Notes: generated by a model not told the origin, from the letters alone. A DNA stretch of 62,339 nt from Aliidongia sp. (GCA_049696095.1 JBAVTK010000125.1:1-62339); one strand, 5' to 3'. Shown: positions 8,840 through 21,682, numbered from the stretch's first letter. Made by a program: numbers and translations.

Positions 8840-10768
8840 TCACCGCGCCTGATAGAGATAATAGGTGACCATCGCGGCCACACCGATCAGCATCGCGAAT
8901 GCATAGTGATAGACGTAGCCGGTCTGCATCCGGCTCGCCTGCCGTGACAGGCCGCGCGTGACGGTGGCAATCCCATCCGGCCCGAGCCCGTCGATCAGCA
9001 ACCCGTCGCCACCCTTCCACAGCGCCCAGCCGCCGAACATCAAGGGGCGGACGAAAAGTCGGTCGTAAAGCTCGTCGAAATACCATTTATTGAGCAGGAA
9101 GAGATAAACTGGCCGAAAGGCCTTGGCGATCCGGCCGGGAATGCTCGGCACGCCGAGATAGGCAACCCAGGCGGTCGCAATCCCAGCCAAGCCGACCAGC
9201 AGCGGCAGATATTCGATCAACGCCGGCACGTCTTCGGCCCCGGCCAGCGCGTGATGGATCGGCAGGATCTTGATCGATTCGCCCCAAAATTCCGCCTGAT
9301 CCTCGCCAATGAAATATTTTGCGCCGAGCACGCCCGCAAATAGCGCACCGACCGCCAGCACATAGAGCGGCCACAGCATTACCGGCGGTGATTCATGGGC
9401 GTGATCAAAGGTGTGATGATCGGCCCTGCTCTTGCCATTGAAGGTCAGGAAGATCAGGCGCCAGGAATAAAATGCCGTGAGAAAGGCCGCGAGAATGCCG
9501 AGGGTGAAGGCGTAATGCCCGACCGCGGTCCCCGACGCCCAGGCCGCGTTCAAGATCATGTCCTTGGAATAATAGCCCGAGAAAAACGGAATGCCGGCCA
9601 ACGACAGGCTGCCGATCCACATCAGCAGGGCGGTGATTTTGATCTTGCGCCACAGCCCGCCCATCTTGCGCATATCCTGCTCGCCCGACATGGCGTGGAT
9701 GACCGAGCCTGCACCGAGAAACAGCAACGCCTTGAAGAAGGCGTGGGTACCGAGATGGAACATCGCCGCCGGATAGGCCGAGACGCCAGCCGCAAAGAAC
9801 ATGTAGCCAAGCTGGCTGCAGGTCGAATAGGCGATGACCCGCTTGATATCGTTCTGCGCCATGCCGATCGAGGCCGCAAAGATCGCGGTCGTGCCGCCGA
9901 CCACCACGACGACATCAAGCGCCATCTGGGAATATTCGAACATCGGCGACAGGCGGCAAACCATGAAGACGCCAGCGGTCACCATGGTCGCAGCATGGAT
10001 CAACGCCGAAACCGGCGTCGGGCCTTCCATCGCGTCGGGCAGCCAGGTGTGCAAGCCCAATTGCGCGGATTTACCCATGGCACCAATAAACAGCAGAATG
10101 CAGGTGACGGTCAGCGCATTCACATCCCAGTTGAGGAAATGCATCGTCCGGGTGGCGATCTGCGGGGCGGCCTGAAAGACCGGGTCAAAGCTGACCGTGC
10201 CGAACAGTTTGAACACGGCGAAGATGCCGAGCGCAAAACCGAAATCGCCGACCCGATTGACGACGAACGCCTTGATCGCCGCCGCATTGGCGCTCGGTCG
10301 GTCGTACCAGAAACCGATCAGCAGATAAGAAGCGGTACCGACCCCTTCCCAGCCGAAGAACATCTGAACGAAATTATCGGCCGTCACCAGCGCCAGCATG
10401 GCGAAGGTGAAGAACGACAGATAGGCCATGAAGCGCGGGATCGAATGATCATGCGACATATAGCCGATCGAATAGACATGGACCATCGACGAGACAATGG
10501 TCACGACGCACAGCATCACCGCCGACAGCGTATCGAGCCGGATCGCCCAATCGACGCTGAGCGGACCGGTATCGATCCAGCGCAGCAGATCGATCGTCGC
10601 CGGATGATGGTCGAGTGCCACATTCTTGAAGACCAGGATCGACAGGATAGCGGCGATCAGCACGCCGCCGCTGGTGATCAGTTGCGCAGCACGATCGCCC
10701 AACGCGCGGCCGAACAGGCCGACGATGATGGCCGTGATCAGCGGCAAAAAAACAATGGCAGTAGCCAT
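8840..10768 (-). CDS. nuoL: NADH-quinone oxidoreductase subunit L
   Basis: 642 aa. Contains [29 protein letters not shown], the ND5/NuoL signature. Confidence 0.9.
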   Translation of the reverse strand: MATAIVFLPLITAIIVGLFGRALGDRAAQLITSGGVLIAAILSILVFKNVALDHHPATIDLLRWIDTGPLSVDWAIRLDTLSAVMLCVVTIVSSMVHVYSIGYMSHDHSIPRFMAYLSFFTFAMLALVTADNFVQMFFGWEGVGTASYLLIGFWYDRPSANAAAIKAFVVNRVGDFGFALGIFAVFKLFGTVSFDPVFQAAPQIATRTMHFLNWDVNALTVTCILLFIGAMGKSAQLGLHTWLPDAMEGPTPVSALIHAATMVTAGVFMVCRLSPMFEYSQMALDVVVVVGGTTAIFAASIGMAQNDIKRVIAYSTCSQLGYMFFAAGVSAYPAAMFHLGTHAFFKALLFLGAGSVIHAMSGEQDMRKMGGLWRKIKITALLMWIGSLSLAGIPFFSGYYSKDMILNAAWASGTAVGHYAFTLGILAAFLTAFYSWRLIFLTFNGKSRADHHTFDHAHESPPVMLWPLYVLAVGALFAGVLGAKYFIGEDQAEFWGESIKILPIHHALAGAEDVPALIEYLPLLVGLAGIATAWVAYLGVPSIPGRIAKAFRPVYLFLLNKWYFDELYDRLFVRPLMFGGWALWKGGDGLLIDGLGPDGIATVTRGLSRQASRMQTGYVYHYAFAMLIGVAAMVTYYLYQAR

Positions 10769-10774
10769 TTCCGC

Positions 10775-11086
10775 TCAGCCCCTCATCAGATTGATGTCCT
10801 CGACCGCGATCGAGCCGCGGTTTCGGAAATAGACGACCAGGATAGCGAGCCCGATCGCCGCCTCGGCGGCGGCGACGGTCAGCACGAACATGGCGAAGAC
10901 CTGACCGGTCAGATCGTGGATGAAGCTCGAAAACGCCACGAAATTGATGTTGACCGCCAGCAGCATCAGTTCGATCGACATCAGAATGATGATGACGTTC
11001 CGGCGATTGAGGAAAATCCCGAAAATCCCGAGCGTGAACAGGATGGCGGCCACCACCAGATAATGCGTGAGACCGATCTCGAACAT
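10775..11086 (-). CDS. nuoK: NADH-quinone oxidoreductase subunit K
   Basis: 103-aa product [50 protein letters not shown]..., ND4L-like. Internal ATG chosen over the 141-aa track ORF. Confidence 0.9.
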   Translation of the reverse strand: MFEIGLTHYLVVAAILFTLGIFGIFLNRRNVIIILMSIELMLLAVNINFVAFSSFIHDLTGQVFAMFVLTVAAAEAAIGLAILVVYFRNRGSIAVEDINLMRG

Positions 11087-11108
11087 GGTACTTCTCCCCC
11101 CGTTCCGC

Positions 11109-11714
11109 TCAGACGCCGCTGCCGGTGGTGACTTTGACGATCTCGATCGATTGACTGCGCAGTCGCCCGACCTGGGTGCCGATATTCTGACGCCGGACAT
11201 CGCTGCGCCCGCGCAAGGTCAGCACGATCGCCCCGATCATCGCAACCAACAGAATCAGCCCGGACAACTGGAAGGCATAGAGGTATTTGGTATAGAGCAG
11301 CAGCCCGAGCGCCTGGGTATTGTCGGACCAGGCCGCCGCCGGATTGCCCAGCGCCACCTTGTGACCGAGGCCGCGGCTGTTCAGCACGACGATGACCAAC
11401 TCGCTCAGCAGCACCAGCCCGACCGCCAATCCGAGCGCCAGATTGCGATGGATATTTCGGCGCAGTACGGCGAAATCGATATCGAGCATCATGACGACGA
11501 ACAGGAACAGCACCGCCACCGCGCCGACATAGACGACGACCAGGATCATCGCCAGGAACTCGGCCCCGAGCAGCAGGAACAGCCCGGCCGCATTGAAGAA
11601 TGCCAAGATCAGGAACAGCACCGAATGGACCGGATTGCGTGCGGTGATGACCATCACGCCCGACAAAATCGCGATGGTGGAGAAGAGATAGAAGATCAAA
11701 GCGGGGAAAATCAT
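11109..11714 (-). CDS. nuoJ: NADH-quinone oxidoreductase subunit J
   Basis: 201-aa hydrophobic ND6-like protein lying between nuoK and nuoI. Confidence 0.85.
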   Translation of the reverse strand: MIFPALIFYLFSTIAILSGVMVITARNPVHSVLFLILAFFNAAGLFLLLGAEFLAMILVVVYVGAVAVLFLFVVMMLDIDFAVLRRNIHRNLALGLAVGLVLLSELVIVVLNSRGLGHKVALGNPAAAWSDNTQALGLLLYTKYLYAFQLSGLILLVAMIGAIVLTLRGRSDVRRQNIGTQVGRLRSQSIEIVKVTTGSGV

Positions 11715-11731
11715 GTTTGGCTAATCTCCGC

Positions 11732-12220
11732 TCACCGGTAGGGCGCGTCGGCAAGAAGGTTCGCCGCGATCTCGGCTTCCCAACGATCGCCATTCGCCAA
11801 CAATTTTTCCTTGTTGTAGAACAGCTCCTCGCGGGTCTCGGTCGCGAATTCGAAGTTCGGGCCTTCGACGATGGCATCGACCGGGCAGGCCTCCTGACAC
11901 AGACCGCAATAGATGCATTTCGTCATATCGATATCGTAACGAGTCGTGCGCCGGCTGCCATCTTCGCGCGGCTCGGCCTCGATCGTGATGGCGAGCGCCG
12001 GACAGACCGCCTCGCACAATTTGCAGGCGATGCAACGCTCTTCGCCGTTGGGATACCGGCGCAGCACATGCTCGCCCCGAAAGCGCGGGCTGAGCGGCCC
12101 TTTTTCGAACGGGTAATTCACCGTCACTGGCTTCTTGAACATATAGCCGAGCGTCAGCTTCATGCCGCTAAGCAACTCCCACAGCAGGAATCGGCCGACG
12201 GTGCGATCGAGGAACGCCAT
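11732..12220 (-). CDS. nuoI: NADH-quinone oxidoreductase subunit I (2x[4Fe-4S] ferredoxin-type)
   Basis: 162 aa with two CxxCxxCxxxCP motifs ([12 protein letters not shown] and [12 protein letters not shown]). Confidence 0.92.
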   Translation of the reverse strand: MAFLDRTVGRFLLWELLSGMKLTLGYMFKKPVTVNYPFEKGPLSPRFRGEHVLRRYPNGEERCIACKLCEAVCPALAITIEAEPREDGSRRTTRYDIDMTKCIYCGLCQEACPVDAIVEGPNFEFATETREELFYNKEKLLANGDRWEAEIAANLLADAPYR

Positions 12221-12283
12221 GCTGAACTCCCTTCCCTAGAGGCTGCGGCGCGACGGCGAGGCGCGGAAAACGAAATACATGGC

Positions 12284-13327
12284 TCAGGCCTTCGGTAACC
12301 AGCCGGTGTAGACCAGCACACCAGCCACCAGGATGAGATAGAACAGCGACAGCGGCAGGAAGATCTTCCAGCCGAGCCGCATCAATTGGTCATAGCGAAA
12401 GCGCGGGAAGGTGCCGCGCACCCAAAGGAACAGGAACAGCACGAAGCAAATTTTCAAGATGAACCAGATGCCGCCCGGCACGATCGCGGTGATGGCACCC
12501 AGCACCGGCACACCAGCGAACGGTGCGAGCCAGCCGCCCAGGAACATGATGGCGGTCATGGCACTCATCAGGATCATGTTCATATATTCGCCGAGATAGA
12601 ACAGGGCGAACGCCATCGAGGAATATTCGACGAAGAAGCCGCCGACCAGTTCCGACTCGCCTTCCGGCAGATCGAACGGTGAGCGGTTGGTTTCGGCCAG
12701 ACCGGACACGAAGAACACCACGGCCATCGGCAGCAGCGGAATGACGAACCAGACATGCTGCTGCGCGAGCACGATCTTGGTCAAATTGAGCGAGCCGGCG
12801 CAGAGCAGGACGGTGACGATGACGAAGCCGATCGAGACCTCGTAGGACACCATCTGGGCGGCCGAGCGCAAGCCGCCGAGAAACGCGTATTTCGAATTCG
12901 ACGCCCAGCCGGCCATGATGATGCCATAGACGCCGAGCGAACTGATCGCAAAGAGGTAGAGCACGCCGACATTGATGTCGGCGACGACCCAGCCCTCGCT
13001 GAACGGAATCACCGCCCAGGCGACCAGCGCCAGCACGAAGGTGATCAGCGGCGCGATCATGAACACGGTCGAATTGGCACCGGTCGGGATCACGGTTTCC
13101 TTGAGCAGCAGCTTCAGCCCGTCGGCCATTGGCTGCAACAGGCCGAATGGGCCGACGACATTCGGCCCCATCCGGCGCTGAATCAGCGCAAGCACTTTGC
13201 GTTCGGCATAGGTCAGATAGGCCATCGAGCCGAGCAGCCCGGCGACGACGACGCCGATGCCGACCAGAATGCGCAGAATGGCGTAGTCGTGCCAGATGCC
13301 GGTGGCAAGATTCCAGATATCAGCCAT
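12284..13327 (-). CDS. nuoH: NADH-quinone oxidoreductase subunit H
   Basis: Starts [15 protein letters not shown]...[27 protein letters not shown] (ND1 signature). ATG at 13327 overlaps the nuoG stop by 8 nt. The longer track ORF is an N-terminal extension into nuoG. Confidence 0.9.
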   Translation of the reverse strand: MADIWNLATGIWHDYAILRILVGIGVVVAGLLGSMAYLTYAERKVLALIQRRMGPNVVGPFGLLQPMADGLKLLLKETVIPTGANSTVFMIAPLITFVLALVAWAVIPFSEGWVVADINVGVLYLFAISSLGVYGIIMAGWASNSKYAFLGGLRSAAQMVSYEVSIGFVIVTVLLCAGSLNLTKIVLAQQHVWFVIPLLPMAVVFFVSGLAETNRSPFDLPEGESELVGGFFVEYSSMAFALFYLGEYMNMILMSAMTAIMFLGGWLAPFAGVPVLGAITAIVPGGIWFILKICFVLFLFLWVRGTFPRFRYDQLMRLGWKIFLPLSLFYLILVAGVLVYTGWLPKA

Positions 13328-15383
13328 GGGTGCCGGTCTTCGGGCTGGTGTTGGCGCGGTAGGATTCGGTGCAGGCCGCCATGGTCGGCGAGGCCCGGCT
13401 GATCGTATCGGTTTGGTAATAATTCGCGATCGGGTAGGTGAATGCCTCACCCGCGCCCTTGCCGACCGTGCCGAAGTCACCCCAGGCCGACGGTGCCACC
13501 TCATCGATATGGGCGAACACCGGATTGACCGCGATCAGTCGTTGGCGAAGCTGGCCCAGCGAGTCATAAGGCAGCTTGTGACCGAGCGGATCGGACAGGG
13601 CGCGCAAGATCTTCCAATCCTCGCGCGCATCGCCCGGCGGAAACACCGCCTTGCGGCCGAGCTGAACGCGTCCCTCGGTATTGACGTAAGTCCCGTCCTT
13701 TTCGGTATAGGCTGAACCCGGCAGCACGACATCGGCCCGCGCCGCGCCGGCATCGCCATGATGGCCCTGATAGATCACGAAGGCGGAACCGAGTTTCGCC
13801 ATGTCGATCTCGTCGGCACCGAGCAGATAAACCACCTCGATCGCACCGCTTGCCGCCCCATCGAGAATGCCGGCGACATCGCGGCCGCCCTCGCCCGGCA
13901 CGAAGCCCAGATCCAGGCCGCCGACCCGCGCTGCCGCCAGATGCAGGACGTTGAAGCCGTTCCAATCCTCGCGCACCAGCCCGGCCTCGTCGGCCAGTTG
14001 CCGCGCCAGCCCGAGAATCTCAGCACCATCCGGCCGCGCGAGCGCGCCCTGGCCGATGATCAGCATCGGGCTTTTTGCCTGCTTCAGCGTCGGAACCCAA
14101 GAATGATTGCCGTCAGCCAGATCGGTCAGCACCTCCGGCCCGAGGCCGAGTTGCGTCACCGGGAAGGTCAGATCGAGCTTCGGTCCGATATTGAAGACCT
14201 TGAAGCCGCCCTGGAGATAGCGCTTGCGCAGTCGCGCATTGATCAAAGGCGCTTCCCAGCGCGGGTTGGTGCCGATCAACAGGCAGACATCGGCCTGCTC
14301 GATCCCGGCGATCGTCGTGTTGAAGACATAACCGGAACGCTCACCGGTCGGCAGCTTGGCACCGTCCTGGCGGCAATCGAGATGCGGGCTGCCGAGCGCC
14401 GTCATCAGATCCTTGAGCGCCAGCATCGCCTCGGCATCGCACAGATCGCCAGCGATGGCGGCGATCCGGTCGCCCGCAACGCCCTTTAGCCGGGCCGCAA
14501 TCGCGGCGAATGCCTCGCCCCAGCCGGCTTCCTGCAATTTGCCGTTCCGCCGGACATAGGGCCGATCGAGCCGGCGCTTCATCAACCCATCGACCGCGAA
14601 ACGGCCACGATCGCCCAGCCACTCCTCGTTCACATCCTCGTTCAGCCGCGGCAGGATGCGCAGCACCTGTGGCCCACGCGAATCGACCCTGATATTGGCG
14701 CCGACCGCATCCAGCACATCGATCGACTCGGTCTTGCGCAACTCCCACGGCCGCGTGACAAAGGCATAGGGCTTCGAAGTGAGCGCCCCGACCGGACACA
14801 GATCAATGATGTTGCCGCTCAATTCCGAGGTCAGCGCATGCTCGATATAGGTGCCGACCTCCATATCCTCGCCGCGCCCGGTGGCACCCAATTCGGGGGC
14901 GCCGGCGATCTCGGTCGCAAAGCGGATGCAGCGGGTGCAATGGATGCAGCGATTCATGCTGGTCTTGACCAGCGGCCCCAGATTCTTGTCCTTGACCGCG
15001 CGCTTGTTCTCCTGAAAGCGGCCGCGATCGAAGCCATAGGCCACAGCTTCATCCTGAAGATCGCATTCGCCACCCTGATCGCAGATCGGGCAATCGAGCG
15101 GATGATTGATCAACAAGAACTCCATGACGCCCTTGCGCGCCTTCTTGGCCTTCTCGCTGTTGGTATGGATCACCATGCCCTCGCCCACCGGCATCGCGCA
15201 GGATGCGATCGGCTTTGGCGATTTTTCCATTTCGACCAGGCACATGCGGCAATTGCCGGCAATTGCCAGCCGCTCATGATAGCAGAAATGCGGCACTTCC
15301 ACGCCCGCCGCCTGGCAGGCCTGGAGCACGGTCACACCGGCCGGGACTTCGACTTCGCTGCCGTTGATCGTCAGCTTCGGCAT
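13320..15383 (-). CDS. nuoG: NADH-quinone oxidoreductase subunit G (75-kDa Fe-S subunit)
   Basis: 687 aa. [14 protein letters not shown]...[21 protein letters not shown] is the 2Fe-2S/4Fe-4S N-terminal domain. Confidence 0.92.
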   Translation of the reverse strand: MPKLTINGSEVEVPAGVTVLQACQAAGVEVPHFCYHERLAIAGNCRMCLVEMEKSPKPIASCAMPVGEGMVIHTNSEKAKKARKGVMEFLLINHPLDCPICDQGGECDLQDEAVAYGFDRGRFQENKRAVKDKNLGPLVKTSMNRCIHCTRCIRFATEIAGAPELGATGRGEDMEVGTYIEHALTSELSGNIIDLCPVGALTSKPYAFVTRPWELRKTESIDVLDAVGANIRVDSRGPQVLRILPRLNEDVNEEWLGDRGRFAVDGLMKRRLDRPYVRRNGKLQEAGWGEAFAAIAARLKGVAGDRIAAIAGDLCDAEAMLALKDLMTALGSPHLDCRQDGAKLPTGERSGYVFNTTIAGIEQADVCLLIGTNPRWEAPLINARLRKRYLQGGFKVFNIGPKLDLTFPVTQLGLGPEVLTDLADGNHSWVPTLKQAKSPMLIIGQGALARPDGAEILGLARQLADEAGLVREDWNGFNVLHLAAARVGGLDLGFVPGEGGRDVAGILDGAASGAIEVVYLLGADEIDMAKLGSAFVIYQGHHGDAGAARADVVLPGSAYTEKDGTYVNTEGRVQLGRKAVFPPGDAREDWKILRALSDPLGHKLPYDSLGQLRQRLIAVNPVFAHIDEVAPSAWGDFGTVGKGAGEAFTYPIANYYQTDTISRASPTMAACTESYRANTSPKTGTHG

Positions 15384-15394
15384 CGATTCCTCCG

Positions 15395-16684
15395 TCAGGC
15401 CGCGACGCGGCGCTGGGCCGCATCACGGTAATTCTTGATGCGCGCTTCCATCTCGGGCCGGAAATGCCGGATCAGCCCTTGCACCGGCCAGGCCGCCGCA
15501 TCGCCCAGCGCGCAGATCGTGTGGCCTTCGATCTCGTAGGTGACTTCAAGCAGCATATCGATTTCCTCGACCGAGGCATTGCCCTTGACCATGCGCTCCA
15601 TCACCCGCCACAGCCAGCCGGTGCCTTCGCGGCACGGCGTACATTGACCACAGCTTTCATGCTTGTAGAAGCGTGACAGGCGCGCGATCGCCTTGATGAT
15701 GTCGGTCGATTTATCCATGACGATGACCGCCGCCGTGCCGAGGCCGGATTTGACGTCACGCAACGAATCGAAATCCATCAGCACCGTGTCGCAGATCGAT
15801 TTTGGCAGCACCGGCACCGAGGAGCCACCGGGGATCACTGCCAGCAGATTGTCCCAGCCGCCCCGCACGCCGCCGCAATAGCGCTCGATCAACTCCTTCA
15901 GCGGAATGCCCAGCTCTTCCTCGACATTGCACGGCTTGTTCACATGGCCGGAAATGCAGAAGAGCTTGGTGCCGGTATTCTTCGGCCGGCCGAGTCCGGC
16001 AAACCAACCCGAGCCACGGCGCAGAATCGTCGGCACCACAGCGATGCTCTCGACATTGTTGACGATGGTCGGGCAGCCATAGAGCCCGACCGCGGCCGGA
16101 AAGGGCGGCTTCAGCCGCGGCTGGCCCTTCTTGCCTTCGAGGCTTTCCAGGAGTGCCGTTTCTTCGCCGCAGATATAGGCGCCGGCACCGCGATGGAGAT
16201 AGAGGTCGAAATCATAGCCCGAGCCGCAGGCGTTCTTGCCGATCAGCCCGGCGGCATAAGCCTCATCGATCGCCTGCTGAAGCGCCACGCTCTCGTTATA
16301 AAACTCGCCGCGGATATAGATATAGGCGACATGCGCATCAATCGCGACCGAGGCCAAAAGCGCGCCTTCGATCAACTTGTGCGGATCATGACGCAATATG
16401 TCGCGGTCCTTGCAGGTGCCCGGCTCAGATTCGTCGGCATTGATCGTCAGATAGGCCGGACGACCATCCGGCTTGGCGATGAAAGACCATTTCATGCCGG
16501 TCGGAAAACCCGCGCCGCCGCGGCCACGCAGGCCTGAATCCTTGACTTCCTCGACGAGCCATTGCCGACCCTTGAGGATCAGATCCTTGGTGCCACTCCA
16601 ATCGCCGCGCTGTTTGGCGCCAGCCAGTCCGGCATCGTGGATGCCGTAGAGATTGGTGAAGATCCGGTCTTCGTCACGCAGCAT
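15395..16684 (-). CDS. nuoF: NADH-quinone oxidoreductase subunit F (FMN/NADH-binding)
   Basis: 429 aa. Contains [16 protein letters not shown] and [12 protein letters not shown] motifs. Confidence 0.92.
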   Translation of the reverse strand: MLRDEDRIFTNLYGIHDAGLAGAKQRGDWSGTKDLILKGRQWLVEEVKDSGLRGRGGAGFPTGMKWSFIAKPDGRPAYLTINADESEPGTCKDRDILRHDPHKLIEGALLASVAIDAHVAYIYIRGEFYNESVALQQAIDEAYAAGLIGKNACGSGYDFDLYLHRGAGAYICGEETALLESLEGKKGQPRLKPPFPAAVGLYGCPTIVNNVESIAVVPTILRRGSGWFAGLGRPKNTGTKLFCISGHVNKPCNVEEELGIPLKELIERYCGGVRGGWDNLLAVIPGGSSVPVLPKSICDTVLMDFDSLRDVKSGLGTAAVIVMDKSTDIIKAIARLSRFYKHESCGQCTPCREGTGWLWRVMERMVKGNASVEEIDMLLEVTYEIEGHTICALGDAAAWPVQGLIRHFRPEMEARIKNYRDAAQRRVAA

Positions 16685-17306
16685 CGCCGTCTCCCTCGAA
16701 GCGGAGGCTGGTCAGCGTCTCCGGCCCGCCGATCGGCGCCGAGGTTTGCCGTCCGGTCATCGAGCCGACCGGCGGCACCTCGTCCCGCGCCAGCGCGTCG
16801 AGCAGCTTTTCGGTCAGGGCCGCGTCCATATCCTCGTAAAAATCGTCATTGACCTGGAGTATCGGCGCATTGACGCAGGCGCCGAGGCATTCGACCTCGA
16901 TCAGGCTGAATTTGCCATCCGGCGTCGTGCCGCCGATGCCGATGCCGAGCTTCTTGCGGCAGGTCTCGACCACCTCGTCGGAGCCGCGCAGCCAGCACGG
17001 CGTGGTCGTGCAAGCTTGGAGCAGGTATTTGCCGACCGGCTTCAGATGGAACATCGTATAAAATGTGGCGACTTCGTAAACCCGGATCGCCGGCATGCCG
17101 AGCATCTCGGCGATATAATCCATCGCCGCACGCGGCACCCAATTCTGATGCTGGCGCTGGGCGACATAGAGCAACGGCAACACCGCGCTCGCCTGCCGGC
17201 CCGGCGGGTATTTGGCGATAAGGCGCTTGGCCTCTTCGAGATTTTCCGGCGTGAATTCGAAGCTCGCCGGCTGGTCGACGACTGTGTCGTCCTGCGCTTC
17301 ACTCAT
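16674..17306 (-). CDS. nuoE: NADH-quinone oxidoreductase subunit E (24-kDa 2Fe-2S)
   Basis: 210 aa. Contains [11 protein letters not shown]....CLGACVNAP, the thioredoxin-like 2Fe-2S motif. Confidence 0.9.
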   Translation of the reverse strand: MSEAQDDTVVDQPASFEFTPENLEEAKRLIAKYPPGRQASAVLPLLYVAQRQHQNWVPRAAMDYIAEMLGMPAIRVYEVATFYTMFHLKPVGKYLLQACTTTPCWLRGSDEVVETCRKKLGIGIGGTTPDGKFSLIEVECLGACVNAPILQVNDDFYEDMDAALTEKLLDALARDEVPPVGSMTGRQTSAPIGGPETLTSLRFEGDGDAA

Positions 17307-18511
17307 CGATCAATCTCGCCAAACACAATATCCATGGAGCCGATGATCGCGACGACATCGGCCAGCATGTGGCCCTTGCCCATGAAATCCGTCGCTTGCA
17401 GGAAGGCATAGCTCGGTGCGCGAATCTTGCAGCGATAAGGCTTGTTGGAGCCGTCGGAGACCAGATAGACGCCGAACTCGCCCTTGGGCGCCTCGACCGC
17501 GGTATAGGTCTCGCCGGCCGGAACGTGATAGCCCTCGGTATAAAGCTTGAAGTGATGGATCAGCGCTTCCATCGATTGCTTCATCTCGGCACGCGGCGGC
17601 GGCGCCACCTTGCGGTCATTCACCTTGACCGGGCCAGACGGCATCTTGTCGAGCGCCTGTTTTATGATCCGCACGCTCTGGCGCATCTCCTCGATGCGCA
17701 CGAGGAAACGATTCCAGCAATCTCCGTGTTTGCCGATCGGAATGTCGAAATCCATCTCGGCATAGACGTCGTAAGGCTGCGATTTCCGCAGATCCCACGG
17801 CACGCCCGAGGCGCGCAGCATTGGGCCAGTGAAGCCCCAATCGATCGCATCGGCGGCACTGATAATGCCGATATCGACCGTGCGCTGCTTGAAGATCCGG
17901 TTCTCGGTCAGCAGATGATCAAGATCGTCGAGCCGCTTGGGGAATTCCTCGCAAAATCCATAGATTTCGTCCGCAAGCCCGGCCGGCAGATCCTGATTGA
18001 CTCCGCCCGGCCGGAAGTAATTGGCATGAAGCCGAGCGCCCGAGACCCGCTCATAGAACTCCATCAACCGCTCGCGATCCTCAAAGCCCCATAGCACCGG
18101 CGTAATCGCGCCGACATCGATGGCGAAGGTCGTGATGTTAAGCAAATGATTGGCGATGCGCGAAATTTCGGCGAAGAGTACGCGGATATATTGCGCGCGC
18201 GGCGGTGCCGTGATGCCCAGCAGCTTTTCGGTCGCCAACGCAAAAGCATGCTCTTGCGACATCGGCGCCACATAATCGAGCCGGTCGAAATACGGCAGTG
18301 CCTGGAGATAGGTCTTGTATTCGATCAGCTTTTCGGTGCCGCGATGCAGCAACCCTATATGCGGGTCACACCGCTCGACCGTCTCGCCATCCATCTCCAG
18401 CACCAGGCGCAGCACGCCATGGGCGGCCGGGTGCTGTGGCCCGAAATTGATGTTGTAGTTCTTGATATCGGCGCCAGCGGGCGCGGCGATTTGAGGCGCG
18501 GGGCTCGGCAT
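17303..18511 (-). CDS. nuoD: NADH-quinone oxidoreductase subunit D (49-kDa)
   Basis: 402 aa. Contains [22 protein letters not shown] and a C-terminal [10 protein letters not shown]. Confidence 0.92.
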   Translation of the reverse strand: MPSPAPQIAAPAGADIKNYNINFGPQHPAAHGVLRLVLEMDGETVERCDPHIGLLHRGTEKLIEYKTYLQALPYFDRLDYVAPMSQEHAFALATEKLLGITAPPRAQYIRVLFAEISRIANHLLNITTFAIDVGAITPVLWGFEDRERLMEFYERVSGARLHANYFRPGGVNQDLPAGLADEIYGFCEEFPKRLDDLDHLLTENRIFKQRTVDIGIISAADAIDWGFTGPMLRASGVPWDLRKSQPYDVYAEMDFDIPIGKHGDCWNRFLVRIEEMRQSVRIIKQALDKMPSGPVKVNDRKVAPPPRAEMKQSMEALIHHFKLYTEGYHVPAGETYTAVEAPKGEFGVYLVSDGSNKPYRCKIRAPSYAFLQATDFMGKGHMLADVVAIIGSMDIVFGEIDR

Positions 18512-18512
18512 C

Positions 18513-19115
18513 TTACTTCTCCGCCTTCTCGTCGCCGGGCAGGATGCTGTTCATGCCTTCCCAGGGCGACACGAAATCGAAATTGCGAAATTCCTGCCGG
18601 AGCTTGATCGGCTCATAGACCACCCGCTTTTCGGCATCGTCGTAGCGCAGTTCGACATAGCCGGTCAGCGGAAAATCTTTGCGCAGCGGATGCCCTTCGA
18701 AACCGTAATCGGTGAGAATCCGACGCAGATCGGGATTGTCCGTGAAAAACACGCCGAACATGTCCCAGACTTCACGCTCGAACCAACCGGCCGTGCTGTA
18801 GACCGGTACGACAGACGCCACCGGCGTATCCTCGTCGGTCGTGCATTTGACCCGCACCCGGCGATTGAGCCTGAGACTTACCAGATTATAGACGATCTCG
18901 AACCGCTCCGGCCGGGCTGGATAATCGACCGCGGTGAGATCGACCAGCATATCGAACAGGCAGCGCGGATCGTCGCGCAGGAAAATCAGCGCCGGCACGA
19001 TCGCGGCGCGCGGCACCCACAAAATCAGCTCGCCATGGATCATCTCCATCCGGGTGACGTTCTGGGCGAGGGCTTGCGAGACGGTTGAGCCGAACTCGGT
19101 GAGCGCTTGGGACAT
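18513..19115 (-). CDS. nuoC: NADH-quinone oxidoreductase subunit C (30-kDa)
   Basis: 200 aa. Contains [38 protein letters not shown]. Confidence 0.9.
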   Translation of the reverse strand: MSQALTEFGSTVSQALAQNVTRMEMIHGELILWVPRAAIVPALIFLRDDPRCLFDMLVDLTAVDYPARPERFEIVYNLVSLRLNRRVRVKCTTDEDTPVASVVPVYSTAGWFEREVWDMFGVFFTDNPDLRRILTDYGFEGHPLRKDFPLTGYVELRYDDAEKRVVYEPIKLRQEFRNFDFVSPWEGMNSILPGDEKAEK

Positions 19116-19141
19116 GATGCCTCGGCTGGATTCAGGCAGGT

Positions 19142-19684
19142 TCAGCGCGCGAAGACGCTAGAGCGGCGGATCTTCTTTTGCAGCTGCAAAATGCCGTAGA
19201 CCAACGCTTCGGCCGTGGGCGGACAGCCCGGCACATAGACATCGACCGGTACGATGCGGTCACAACCGCGCACGACGCTATAGCTATAGTGATAGTAGCC
19301 GCCGCCATTGGCGCAGGACCCCATCGAAATGACCCAGCGCGGTTCGGCCATCTGATCGTAGACCTTGCGCAGGGCCGGCGCCATCTTGTTGGTCAGCGTG
19401 CCGGCCACGATCATCACATCGGATTGCCGGGGACTCGGCCGCGGAAACACGCCGAACCGGTCGAGATCATAGCGCGCCGCATAAGCATGCATCATTTCTA
19501 CAGCGCAACAAGCGAGCCCGAAGGTCATCGGCCACATCGACCCGGTGCGCGCCCAATTGACCAGCTTATCGACCGAGGCGACAACGAATCCCTTGTCCTG
19601 GATTTCGTCTGCGACCGTCTGCAACAGCGTATCTTGCGTGGCGCCCGGCGGAATCGGTGCCAGGGTCGATCCGGTCATTCCCAT
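19142..19684 (-). CDS. nuoB: NADH-quinone oxidoreductase subunit B (20-kDa, N2 cluster)
   Basis: Contains [10 protein letters not shown]...[10 protein letters not shown]...VPGCPP. Three in-frame ATGs (19705, 19684, 19678). 19684 is preceded by AGGGAG with a 7-nt spacer, and 19678 would give an ATGA overlap with nuoA. The start is uncertain within 27 nt. Confidence 0.88.
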   Translation of the reverse strand: MGMTGSTLAPIPPGATQDTLLQTVADEIQDKGFVVASVDKLVNWARTGSMWPMTFGLACCAVEMMHAYAARYDLDRFGVFPRPSPRQSDVMIVAGTLTNKMAPALRKVYDQMAEPRWVISMGSCANGGGYYHYSYSVVRGCDRIVPVDVYVPGCPPTAEALVYGILQLQKKIRRSSVFAR

Positions 19685-20046
19685 TCGAGCGCTCCCTTCT
19701 TCCATTCGTAGATGAAGCCGACGGTCAGCACGCCGAGGAACGCGACCATCGACCAGAAGCCCAACAGGCCGATCTCACCCAGCGTCACCGCCCAGGGAAA
19801 CAGGAACGCGACTTCAAGATCAAAGATGATGAACAGGATCGCGACGAGATAGAAACGCACGTCGAATTTGCGGCGGGCATCGTCGAACGGTTCGAAACCG
19901 CATTCATAGGGCGACAGCTTCTCGGCATCCGGCCGCTGCTCTGCCAGCAGGAACGGCAAGCCGACCGCGGCGATGCCGACGAAAAGCGCGATCCCCAGGA
20001 AAATCAGGATCGGCAGGTAGTCATTCAACAAGCTGGGCAATGTCAT
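19675..20046 (-). CDS. nuoA: NADH-quinone oxidoreductase subunit A
   Basis: 123 aa. Contains [39 protein letters not shown] (ND3 signature). First gene of the operon. Confidence 0.9.
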   Translation of the reverse strand: MTLPSLLNDYLPILIFLGIALFVGIAAVGLPFLLAEQRPDAEKLSPYECGFEPFDDARRKFDVRFYLVAILFIIFDLEVAFLFPWAVTLGEIGLLGFWSMVAFLGVLTVGFIYEWKKGALEWE

Positions 20047-20245
20047 GTCAGCTTCTCGGTCCTGACTGAAAAACTCAGCGAAAGGCGATGCGCCAAACGG
20101 CGCGACCGGCTAGCCCTTGGGATCGCCACCGGACCTGCGCCGCCGTTCGGCAGATATAGAGAGACATCGGGGGAAAATCCCGAAAATACCGCTGATCAGA
20201 TATGCTCCCAGAGGAAACCTGATCCTTTACGGCCTCGATACGGAA

Positions 20246-20322
<77 letters not shown>

Positions 20323-20529
20323 ATCCCGCAGCGAGGTGGCTTTGCTACGCCCTCACCGTCACCCAAGTCAAGCACAGTGCGAACGCCCGAGCCGAATTTT
20401 GACGCATTGCAGATTTGCGAGCGGGATCTGATCATTGCGCAGCAGAGAGCCGCCCGGCAAACCGGCTGCGCCGTTCCGATTGTCATTCACACAAACTGAT
20501 TTCGGGCGGGGTCGCCCGCAGTCGGCGCG

Positions 20530-20862
20530 CTAGCGACGCGGCCGAATCAGAGCCAAAACGGCGGCGTTTTGCTTGGCCGACGCAGAAAGACCTTGCAAAC
20601 TGATCTGCTGCCGAAGATCGGTAGCGGTAGTCTGTGCCTCCTCGTCGGTCAGAGGGGTTGCCGCCGCTTGGTCGCCGGCTAAGGCCTGCGCGGTGGCGCT
20701 GAGCGTCACAGAATCGGTAATCGGTGCCGGTCCCGTCGAGACAGTAGGAGATGCCGTCGACGCCGTGGTGCTTTGGCCACGGTTTTGCGCCGCATTGTCA
20801 TCACTGATCGCGGGCTTCAACCGCAGCGTGGTGGAAATTTGAGTCGGGGTAATATCACTCAT
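20530..20862 (-). CDS. hypothetical small Thr/Ser/Ala/Gln-rich (probably disordered) protein
   Basis: 110-aa ORF with AAGGAAAG about 10 nt upstream of the ATG. No recognisable fold. The DSVTLSATAQAL segment recalls the FlgM N-region, but only weakly. Confidence 0.4.
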   Translation of the reverse strand: MSDITPTQISTTLRLKPAISDDNAAQNRGQSTTASTASPTVSTGPAPITDSVTLSATAQALAGDQAAATPLTDEEAQTTATDLRQQISLQGLSASAKQNAAVLALIRPRR

Positions 20863-20995
20863 GGGCCATTCGCTTTCCTTAAAGGCGTAGCTTTAAGCTC
20901 TCCATAGCATAGCACGAGTCGATGGGCTGTGCCCATATTAGGCCATTTTCCAAGAATTAACCGAGCGTAAAGCTCCCCAACGAAGCCGATGGCAA

Positions 20996-21070
20996 TGGTG
21001 GGCGATGACGGATTCGAACCGCCGACCCTCTCGGTGTAAACGAGACGCTCTACCGCTGAGCTAATCGCCC
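20996..21070 (-). tRNA. tRNA-Val (anticodon TAC)
   Basis: Reverse complement GGGCGATTAGCTCAGCGGTAGAGCGTCTCGTTTACACCGAGAGGGTCGGCGGTTCGAATCCGTCATCGCCCACCA. Full cloverleaf with anticodon loop TTTACAC and encoded CCA. Confidence 0.9.
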
Positions 21071-21208
21071 GATCCGGTGGCCGCAATATGCCGGCCGGGC
21101 CAATGGCCGGACTCGACGCAAGCGACCATGATCGCCAAAACAGCAGTATCGCCGCATCCGCGTTGCGGAAGCGGCGCCAAGGCTGCGGCCGCTCCGGCCC
21201 GGCCCCTT

Positions 21209-21481
21209 TTAGTTAAGCGCATCCTTCAAGGTTTTACCAGCCTTGAACTTGGCCTGCTTTGAGGCCGCAATCTGAATCTTTTCACCGGTGCGCGGGTTCC
21301 GCCCTTCGCTTGCTTCGCGGTCCTGCACACTGAACGTGCCGAAGCCGACGAGACGAACCTCATCACCCTTCTTCAGCGCCGAGCCGATCGCTTCGAATAC
21401 CGAATCCACGGCCTTAGTCGCTTCGGCTTTCTTTAGCTCGGTCGCGGTCGCCACCGCGTCGACCAGTTCGTTTTTGTTCAC
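21209..21481 (-). CDS. hup: HU-family nucleoid-associated DNA-binding protein
   Basis: (GTG)NKNELVDAVA...RLVGFGTFSVQDREASEGRNPRTGEKIQIAASKQAKFKAGKTLKDALN is canonical HU. GTG start at 21481 is preceded by GGAGGGGG. The track ORF start at 21514 was rejected. Confidence 0.9.
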   Translation of the reverse strand: MNKNELVDAVATATELKKAEATKAVDSVFEAIGSALKKGDEVRLVGFGTFSVQDREASEGRNPRTGEKIQIAASKQAKFKAGKTLKDALN

Positions 21482-21682
21482 GTGCCCCCTCCGATTCGAT
21501 ACAAATATTGCCACCGCGGATGTTCATCGGCTGAATTCCGCAGCAAGCTTAGATCGCCTTCCGATTCCGCGTCAATCACGGAACATTGGAAAAGCCTGGC
21601 ATTTTAGGGGAATAAACGGGGGCTTGCGCGAATTGTTCCGACCCGAATAGGTCCGGATTCCCGCGCAGCGCCCCTTTCTAGA

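Noticed and set aside
9395-11131. 578-aa plus-strand ORF (and similar ones at 7362..8852, 6700..7425, 11067..11741, 12755..13402) across the nuo operon
   Set aside because: These are antisense to genes with unmistakable Nuo subunit motifs. The translations are Arg/Gly/Asp/His-rich low-complexity strings, typical of shadow ORFs in high-GC DNA.
20859-21086. 75-aa ORF covering tRNA-Val, and ORFs 27634..28026 and 27857..28333 covering tRNA-Leu
   Set aside because: They coincide with well-formed tRNA cloverleaves. The translations contain the usual tRNA-derived peptide strings (e.g. SSAVERLVYTERVGGSNPS).
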